Source: Deinococcus sp. (lineage in GTDB: Bacteria > Deinococcota > Deinococci > Deinococcales > Deinococcaceae). Taken from it: a stretch of 64,000 nucleotides of DNA. Positions 13,028 through 20,222 of this stretch are shown here, piece after piece; the first letter of the stretch is position 1; every line of letters starts with the position of its first letter. The translations under genes were made by a program, and so were the position numbers. The stretch is taken from assembly GCA_965261005.1 (NCBI GenBank), contig OZ253376.1:224001-288000 (forward strand). Direction: 5' to 3'. Below the pieces are notes generated by a model that worked only from the letters and a program-made list of their open reading frames with translations, had not been told where the DNA came from and ran no database searches.

Positions 13028-14038
13028 CTACCAGCTGGCGACGTAGACGGGATAGTCGCCCTCCCCGCGCAGAAAGCCGGCGAGGCGGCGGGCCTGCATC
13101 ACCATGATGTTCTGGAGGCGGAAGCGTTTGCCGCCCACCAGGTCGCGCGTGTCGAGGCGGTCGTTCACGGCGGTGGCGATGCGCCCGCGCGTCTCCGGGG
13201 TCAGCCTGCCGTGTTCGTCCGTCCCCGGCCGCCAGCCGCGTCCCAGCAGCGCGAGGACGGGCCGGTCCACGCAGGCGGCGCGAAAACCCTCCACGAAGTC
13301 CAGCACCAAGCTGGGTTTGCCGGGCCGGTCGGTGTGCAAAAAGCCCGCGAAGGGTTCCAGGCCCGCCGTCGCCAGCACGCCCGCCGTCCGCGCGTAGAGG
13401 ATGCCGTAGCCATAGTTCAGCGTCATGTTGCCAGCGTCGGTCGCGCCACGCCCCAGGCGCCCCGGAAAGGCGAGGTCGGGGGGCAGCAGCGCCGCCACCG
13501 CGCCCCAGTACACCACGCCGCCGCGCCCCTCGATGCCCAGCAGCACGTCGCGCACCTCGTCAATGCACGCGCCCTGTTGGGCGTCCAGCTCGGCTTCCAG
13601 CGCGGTCAGGCCGGGAAGGGCACGCTGGATGGCCTCATACGCGGCGGGGTCGGCCCCACGGCGGTACTTGCCGAAGTACTTGAGCAGGCTGGCCTGGTTC
13701 CGCAGCCGGGCGCGGATGGCGTGCCGGGCGACCTCCACGCCCGCTGGGGTGAGGTAGGCTCCCATCTGCGCGCGGCGGGTGCTGACCGTGCCCACCAGGT
13801 AAGGGCTTGAAAACTTGGCGTAGGGCGCGCCCAGGCCGTCCAACAGATCAATTTGCACCCCGAACTTGGCGCAGGCGCGGATGGCCTCGGCGCTGAGGGT
13901 GCAGGCGGTGGTCGTGACCGTGACGGTTTCGAGGTCGCGCAGGGCCACCTCCCGCGTCTCCTGCTGCGGGTGGCGCAGTTGCAGCCGCTCGCTCCGCAGG
14001 GCCAGAAAGGTGCCGCGCTCCGAGATGACGAGGTTCAT
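13028..14038 (-). CDS. cas1: CRISPR-associated endonuclease Cas1
   Basis: LLGIEGRGGVVYW, NMTLNYGY, GFLH and SLVLDFVEGFR. Confidence 0.95.
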   Translation of the reverse strand: MNLVISERGTFLALRSERLQLRHPQQETREVALRDLETVTVTTTACTLSAEAIRACAKFGVQIDLLDGLGAPYAKFSSPYLVGTVSTRRAQMGAYLTPAGVEVARHAIRARLRNQASLLKYFGKYRRGADPAAYEAIQRALPGLTALEAELDAQQGACIDEVRDVLLGIEGRGGVVYWGAVAALLPPDLAFPGRLGRGATDAGNMTLNYGYGILYARTAGVLATAGLEPFAGFLHTDRPGKPSLVLDFVEGFRAACVDRPVLALLGRGWRPGTDEHGRLTPETRGRIATAVNDRLDTRDLVGGKRFRLQNIMVMQARRLAGFLRGEGDYPVYVASW

Positions 14039-14133
14039 GGGGAGAGCGTGACAGAGGGAGGCGTCATTAGGTGACGTGTAGAAAGTCGGAAGGTGTATGA
14101 CGATCTAACAGCAGGTGTTCAATTATCAGCCCG

Positions 14134-14817
14134 TTAGCCCGTGCGCTGATACAACGTGGACCGTTTGCTGGAGCGTACCAGCCGGTACGGCACCAGGGCC
14201 GACACCACCACGCGGTCGGGCTTATCTGCCGTGAAGGTGCTGAGCTTGTCCCAGCTCATCTTCGGGCCGTAATCGTCCAGGTAGTGCATCACGGCCCCGC
14301 TGAGGGTGGTGCGCGGGTCGCCCGTGTGGGTGACGAAGGCGGCGTCTAGTTCGGGCTGTTCTTCCAGCCCGAGCCACTGGATGAAGCCGCCGCGTTTGCC
14401 GAGCATGTTCAGGCGCAGGAGCAGGTCTGCCAGCGTCTGCCGCTCCGAATCCCCCAACTTGGAGACTTCAAAGGCCAGCCGCAACTCGCCGCGAAACTGG
14501 ATGTACTCTCGGAACGCCACCGTCGGCTTAAAGGGGTTGCCCGGCTCAGGCATCTTGGGTGGGCGCTGCACCTTGACAAAGGCGTTCGTCACACAGGCCC
14601 ATTCCGGCGGGCTGCTTCGCACGGACAAAGTGCGCAGCCAGCCAAACACCTCCTGTGCAAAGGCCACGCCCTGCCAATTCACGGCCACATCGATCAGGGC
14701 TGTCTTGACCGCGTAGGGACTCGGCACCAGCAGAGATTTCCCGGCGGCGCTCGTCGCCTGCGAGTCCTTGAGGCTGAACATGGCCGTCGGCTCATAGGTC
14801 GCCACCAGCCAGGTCAT
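14134..14817 (-). CDS. cas5: Type I Cas5
   Basis: FSLK...LVPSPYAVKTAL N-terminal RAMP motif and LGKRGG; located directly after cas7. Confidence 0.8.
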   Translation of the reverse strand: MTWLVATYEPTAMFSLKDSQATSAAGKSLLVPSPYAVKTALIDVAVNWQGVAFAQEVFGWLRTLSVRSSPPEWACVTNAFVKVQRPPKMPEPGNPFKPTVAFREYIQFRGELRLAFEVSKLGDSERQTLADLLLRLNMLGKRGGFIQWLGLEEQPELDAAFVTHTGDPRTTLSGAVMHYLDDYGPKMSWDKLSTFTADKPDRVVVSALVPYRLVRSSKRSTLYQRTG

Positions 14818-15743
14818 GACGGCAGGGTCTGGCTCATCACCTCGGCAAAGGTACCCAGCGAGCCGAAGGGCTGCACGCCAATGGGTTTGCCGCTCATCCG
14901 CGAGAGCGCCCCCGCGATCTGCTCCACCTGCGCCTCGAACTCCGGGTGCAGGGCGCTGACCGTTGGCGCGGGCACGCTGTGGTCGCTGGTGGTGATGACG
15001 CCCCGGAAGTCGGTCAAGTGCGGACTCTGGGTGTTCCGCATCGCGCCGCCGGGATGCAGGAAGGTCTGCGTCAGCGCCCGCAGCACGGCGGTCAGGCGTC
15101 TGTCCCGCTCGGCATCGTCAATGGCGTACTCGCGGGTGATGCCGTTCAGGCCGATGCGGTGCGCCTCCACATGGGCGACAAGCGCGTACTGACCGCTGGA
15201 CGCAGGGCGGTGAAAAATGGCCTGCCCTCGGTTGCTGCCGTCGTCAGAACCGGTCTTGCCGCGTCCCTGTGGGTCGTACTTGACGTGGAAATAGCTGCCC
15301 GTCTTGACCTTTTCCGGCACGCCCGGCACCCAGGAGAACTCCACCACGCTCTTGCGGCCCAAGCTGCGGTTGCCCTGCGTGATGAGGATGCCCGCCACAT
15401 CGTCCAGCGCGCAGGCGTTTGGGAGCATATCCAAAATCTCAGCATTGCTCTTGCCCTTCGTCGCCTGCTCAAAGTTGGGGTCAGCGTTCAGCCGGTTCGC
15501 ATTCAGGGTCTGGCAGCCCGCGCACAACGTCAGCCCCATCTCCTGAGCGATGGCTTGGAAGTGTTCCGTGAAGATGTGCTTGAACATGTCGCCCGACACG
15601 GCGTTGACGGGGTGCAGTTCGCCGTCCGCCGTCACCACGTCCACCATGCGGGTCTGGATGTGGTTGCCCTCACCGCCCTCGTTGTTCAGCGAGTGCAGGT
15701 TCAGGGTGGCGAGGCCGGAGATGGACAGGGTTCGCAGGGTCAC
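14814..15743 (-). CDS. cas7: Cas7 backbone subunit, DevR/Cst2/Csa2 family
   Basis: LHSLNNEGGEGN, NAVSGDMFKH, CALDDVAGIL and RKSVVEFSW. Confidence 0.9.
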   Translation of the reverse strand: MTLRTLSISGLATLNLHSLNNEGGEGNHIQTRMVDVVTADGELHPVNAVSGDMFKHIFTEHFQAIAQEMGLTLCAGCQTLNANRLNADPNFEQATKGKSNAEILDMLPNACALDDVAGILITQGNRSLGRKSVVEFSWVPGVPEKVKTGSYFHVKYDPQGRGKTGSDDGSNRGQAIFHRPASSGQYALVAHVEAHRIGLNGITREYAIDDAERDRRLTAVLRALTQTFLHPGGAMRNTQSPHLTDFRGVITTSDHSVPAPTVSALHPEFEAQVEQIAGALSRMSGKPIGVQPFGSLGTFAEVMSQTLPS

Positions 15744-17482
15744 GCTTGTGCCTCCGTAGTGTCAGTTTCTGAATGGTCAGCGGGTTCAGGGGGCTGGAGA
15801 GGTTCGGGCGTTTCCTCCCTGGGTTCCTTGGCATAGCCGTAGGCAATCAGCAGCATCGCCACCATCTGCGAATCGTGTACGTCCAGCAGCTTGCCGACTT
15901 CCAGCAGGTCCTCCGTGGTGACGGGGGCGCGGCCACGCTTGCCCCGGTCGGCGGCGCGGAGGTTCTCGGTCATGTACTCGGTCACGAAGTCCGAGAGGGC
16001 CGCCATGAATCTAGTCTTGGTCGCGGCGTTGCGCTTGAGTTCCTGGGCCAGGCCGTAATGCACCTCGTAAGTGCGGTTGCCACTGAGTTTACGGGTATAG
16101 AGCGCCGTGCGGGTGGCCCGCCGGATCGCCCCCGCCACGCTCTGGAAACCGCTGTTCGTGATGATTTCGTTGAGGTTGTTCTTCTGACTTTCCATATTTT
16201 GCAGCACCCTCCCCAGGTGGTCAGTGGTCATCCAGAGCGCGTATTTTCCTTTGTCGGCCAGTCTCAGCACATGCGGCCCATAGTTCGACAGAAACTCCAG
16301 AAAAGCCCGCACGTCTTGCCCACTCAGAAAGTCGCGGTAACGCTCCAGCAGGTTGCGCTCCTCCGAGTGGCTCTCGTCCAGGTTGCGAATGACCTGCCGG
16401 TGTTCCTCCAGCACGTCCAGCCACGTTTTCCGCTGCTCGTCGGCCTCGTCGCCGTCCAACCGCACCCAGGCGGGCAGGGCGATAAAGGAGATGTTGGTCA
16501 CGCCCTTCGCGCTGCCGAGATTCTGGAAGTAGGCGGTCTGAAAACCGGAGATGAGGTCTCTGGGCCGTCCACGTTTAAAGGTCTTGTGCTCATCGTGCTT
16601 GAGCAGCGTTTCAGTGAGCGTCAGCGCCGCTAAGATGTCCACCTGAACAGCTCCCCCTCCCCTAAAATCTTTGCGAAAATTGACCATGACTTGTCGCAAG
16701 GTTTCCAACTCAATATCAGCGGGCTGAACCACCAGTATCTTGAGATCATCTATTTTTGCCTTCTCATTTGCTTTGGGATAAACGGCTACGGCTCCTATAA
16801 ACCACCCTGCGTATTTGAGTGCCTCTGTAACGAGCAGTCCGTCTTCCTGTCCCATTCCAATACTATTGGCTTTGAGTGAATTCATCCCCTTTCCTGCTAT
16901 GGGATTAAATGCTTGGACTTTGGAAACTTTAATTTTGGCCTTACTATTATTAAGTGCCTTACTTAGAGCATTTTCAATATCTGATAGGGGGTTTTCTCCG
17001 GAGAGCGATTCGATAAGAACACGAGTATGTATAGGAAATCTTTCCGATGCTAGCTCGTGATAAGCAATTGCATACCCGCTAGTCCAAGGCTTTTTAAGCA
17101 GATCTACTAAACTGGAGTACAACGTGAAATCAGCTCTTGGGGGATGGATTTCTTCGGGTGCATCCTCCCAGTTTGTATTCTTATTGTTTTCCTTCCAGGC
17201 GCGCATTTTCTCGTTTTCGAATCTTTCTCGCACGTAGTCAAATACATCGGTCTGTTCAGTGGCATCCTTATCCGTTTTGATGTACTCGTAAAGCCGTGGC
17301 GGCGTCCCTTCGGGGATGGTAATAGGCTGATTAACATGTAAGGTATAGGCATCCTGACTCACGTCTAGGTAGAGCCTCACCTTGCCCTGATCGCTCAAAA
17401 CCTTTAGCAAGCGCCCCAATCCCAGCACCATAAGAGTGTCTGCGTAAGTGCCCTGGACACGCGGCACAGTGTAGGTGGTCAA
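15740..17482 (-). CDS. cas8: Cas8-like large subunit (C-terminal ~150 aa resemble a Cas11/small-subunit module)
   Basis: 580 aa between cas3 and cas7 with overlapping start/stop codons. It has GTYADTLMVLGL at the N-terminus and a helical C-terminal domain. Confidence 0.75.
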   Translation of the reverse strand: MTTYTVPRVQGTYADTLMVLGLGRLLKVLSDQGKVRLYLDVSQDAYTLHVNQPITIPEGTPPRLYEYIKTDKDATEQTDVFDYVRERFENEKMRAWKENNKNTNWEDAPEEIHPPRADFTLYSSLVDLLKKPWTSGYAIAYHELASERFPIHTRVLIESLSGENPLSDIENALSKALNNSKAKIKVSKVQAFNPIAGKGMNSLKANSIGMGQEDGLLVTEALKYAGWFIGAVAVYPKANEKAKIDDLKILVVQPADIELETLRQVMVNFRKDFRGGGAVQVDILAALTLTETLLKHDEHKTFKRGRPRDLISGFQTAYFQNLGSAKGVTNISFIALPAWVRLDGDEADEQRKTWLDVLEEHRQVIRNLDESHSEERNLLERYRDFLSGQDVRAFLEFLSNYGPHVLRLADKGKYALWMTTDHLGRVLQNMESQKNNLNEIITNSGFQSVAGAIRRATRTALYTRKLSGNRTYEVHYGLAQELKRNAATKTRFMAALSDFVTEYMTENLRAADRGKRGRAPVTTEDLLEVGKLLDVHDSQMVAMLLIAYGYAKEPREETPEPLQPPEPADHSETDTTEAQA

Positions 17483-20076
17483 GAGATTGCCTCCTTCTGG
17501 CGAACGTCTTCAAATGAGCGGGTGTCACCTAGGCGCAATACGCGCGATGCGAGGGTGTAGACCATCCACGCCAATTCGTCATCAGGCGTAGGTAGCTCCG
17601 GCTCCGTAACAGCTCCAACACCCTGTATTTGCAATTTGCTGATGCTGTCCACGTCCAGCGGTATACCTGCCAGAAGTTCAAACACACGGTTGGCCTCCGC
17701 GCCAGCACCTACATCCAGCTTCCAGGCATCCGTTTCACCAGACGCGTTGGCCGAGTGGTGACGGCAGATGGCGCCCAGGATGCCTTGTAGAACACTGAAG
17801 CCCTTTTCATCGCCTAACCGGTTCATCAGAAAGCTATCCAGCCCCTCGGCCACCACAGCCGCCGACTCCCCCGCATGCGGCGGGCGCGGCCCTACACGTT
17901 GATTGCGCTCCCTGTCAAACCTCGGGTGGTAATCGGTATGGGCGCAGTAGTCGCCTTTCCCTTGCGGCGTGGCGCTGAACTTGCCTTCCTGACCATTCCA
18001 AAGCAAGCGGCCCGCGTATTCCCGCACCTGCTCGGCCTGCCAGCGGCGCGTCCACTTTTGCCAACCCACCGAAAGTTTCCCGATGTCGTGCCCGGCAATG
18101 GCTGCCTTCAGCGCCAGCTCCATTGTTCCGGCGGGCAGGCCAAACCTGGCGTCCACCTTCGGGCAGAGGTGCCAGACATCCTTTGCATGTCTTCTAGAAG
18201 CGTCCAGCACGCGGGCGATGTGCTGCTCGTAGGTTTCGTAGGTGTACCAGTAGTCGGGCCGCTCGCCGGAGGAACGGGGCAGGTGTACGGGCGGGAAGTC
18301 ATGCACACCCAATGCCCGCCCTTCGGGGGCCGTCCAGCGGAAGCCTTCCTGCCGGTTGTAGAAAACAAGGCTGGGATTGACCAGCACCAACGGCTCGTTC
18401 CTGAGTTGTTCGGGCGCGGTGACGGACACCCATTCCAGGCGCGTGGGCTGGCGGCCCTCCCCGCCCCGGCCCTTCTGACGCTCTGGCTCCACTTCGCGGG
18501 GTTCGCGGGGGACCTTGGCGAGCCAGCTCACGTCATGGTCGGGATTCAGGCCAGACGCCTCGCGGTTCCGCTCCAGCGCGGCAAAGTCAACCCGACTCAC
18601 ACTCAGGCGCTCGTGACGGTTGATCTTGTCCCAGGTGGAGAGGTCGGTTGGCGGCTCTGGCGGCACGAGGAGCAGGCTGACGTTTTGAATATCGCGGATA
18701 AGTTCGGGGCGCTTTCCAGCATCGCCGTTCATGGCGTCCGCCATTTTGGAGGGCCAGGTCAGGGGTCTGGCGGCCACATACGCTCCCCAGTTCTCCCGGT
18801 CGCCCGACGTATGAACCTCGTCGATCAGCCTCTTCTCCACATCTGGCGTGATGGGTGTAGTCAGGTCCGCCAGCGCGTCCCAGGTGGCCCGGATCACCGT
18901 CTCCTGCCCCTTATACGGCAACACGTCCCACTCGCCCTTCTCGTTGGGAGGGAGGGCATACACGCTGACCGTGCCCGCTTCGCCCTGATAGCGGGCGTTG
19001 CGGCCCGCCCGCTGAAGCAGGGCGTTGGCGGGGCAGACCTCGGTGTGCAGGTGGTCGGAACTGATGTCCAGACCCACCTCAATGGCTTGTGAGGCCACCA
19101 AGATGACGTTCTGCTTCGCCTCCCGGCCCAGTAACGTCCTGAGCTGCGCCTCACGCTCGTTGCGGTGGGCGGGGAAGTAGCGCGAGTGCATCATGGCGAG
19201 AGTCACCCCCTGCAAATTCGGATGTCCTTCCTGCTGTAACCGTTCCAATTCGGCGTAGAGGGCCTGAACACGGCCCACCGTGTTGGCGATGGCGATGCTG
19301 CGCCGCTGATGCGCCCCGGCGACGGCCTGAGCAGTCAGCAGGGCGTCCATCCGGCGCAAGCGGCGGATTTTGTCCTGGCTCGCCATCTGGCCCAGTTCTT
19401 CCGACGTGGGCGTGATGGAGACGGCCCCCACCTCCCGCGCCAGCCGCCCGGTGAGTTCCTCGGAGAAGGTGGCGGTCATGAACAGGAAGGGGGTGACGCC
19501 CGACAGTGCCCGCGCCATCTCCAGGGCGGTCCGAAAAGCCCGCACTGGGTCAAAGAGGTGGAATTCGTCCAGCACGACGTAGCTCGCCACCACACCGCCC
19601 GCGCCGATGTTGCGGCCCCGCCAACTCTGCGAGTACGGCACGTGCAGATAGTTGCTGAGCAGTTGGTCAACGGTCGTCACGATGATGTCGGCTTCCAGCA
19701 GCGGGTCGGCGGGGTCCTCGCCGGTGTGAAGCTTGACGGTCAAGCCAAGCCCTTTCCCCACGGCCTGCGCTCGCCTGTGCAGGTCTTTTGCCAGCGTCCG
19801 CATAGGAGAGGCGAGGATGCAGCGGAGGGGAAAGTTTTGGCGCTTCTTCTGCCGGGCCAGCAGGAAAGGACCGAGCGCCGCCTCCGTTTTCCCTGCCCCC
19901 GTCGGAGCGCGAAGGATGACGTTCTGGCCGCCCAGGAGAGCGTCCGCGACACGTTGCTGGTAAGGGTAGGGGTTCAGGCCGAAAAGACTTTGTAGGTCTG
20001 AAGGAATGTCCACAGGTTGACCTTGACAGCGGAACGAGGCTTTGAAAGACGTGTCAAAAAAGGTCACTCCATCCAT
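17479..20076 (-). CDS. cas3: Cas3 helicase with C-terminal HD nuclease domain
   Basis: APTGAGKT, LDEFH, MTAT, HSRY, QAIEVGLDI and QRAGR, then TYEQH...GHDIGK...PHAGES...ICRHH. The true start may be GTG at 20013. Confidence 0.92.
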   Translation of the reverse strand: MDGVTFFDTSFKASFRCQGQPVDIPSDLQSLFGLNPYPYQQRVADALLGGQNVILRAPTGAGKTEAALGPFLLARQKKRQNFPLRCILASPMRTLAKDLHRRAQAVGKGLGLTVKLHTGEDPADPLLEADIIVTTVDQLLSNYLHVPYSQSWRGRNIGAGGVVASYVVLDEFHLFDPVRAFRTALEMARALSGVTPFLFMTATFSEELTGRLAREVGAVSITPTSEELGQMASQDKIRRLRRMDALLTAQAVAGAHQRRSIAIANTVGRVQALYAELERLQQEGHPNLQGVTLAMMHSRYFPAHRNEREAQLRTLLGREAKQNVILVASQAIEVGLDISSDHLHTEVCPANALLQRAGRNARYQGEAGTVSVYALPPNEKGEWDVLPYKGQETVIRATWDALADLTTPITPDVEKRLIDEVHTSGDRENWGAYVAARPLTWPSKMADAMNGDAGKRPELIRDIQNVSLLLVPPEPPTDLSTWDKINRHERLSVSRVDFAALERNREASGLNPDHDVSWLAKVPREPREVEPERQKGRGGEGRQPTRLEWVSVTAPEQLRNEPLVLVNPSLVFYNRQEGFRWTAPEGRALGVHDFPPVHLPRSSGERPDYWYTYETYEQHIARVLDASRRHAKDVWHLCPKVDARFGLPAGTMELALKAAIAGHDIGKLSVGWQKWTRRWQAEQVREYAGRLLWNGQEGKFSATPQGKGDYCAHTDYHPRFDRERNQRVGPRPPHAGESAAVVAEGLDSFLMNRLGDEKGFSVLQGILGAICRHHSANASGETDAWKLDVGAGAEANRVFELLAGIPLDVDSISKLQIQGVGAVTEPELPTPDDELAWMVYTLASRVLRLGDTRSFEDVRQKEAIS

Positions 20077-20222
20077 TTACTACTTTCAGTTCCCTAGCGT
20101 CACGGCACGGCGTCCGGGGAGAAGCAGATTGAAGTGACCTTGAATCACTCTAACCAGAACCCCAAAGAAAGTCCACCCCTAGTAATAGAAGGAGTAATAA
20201 GGTGAAGTGCTATCCTCCTGCC

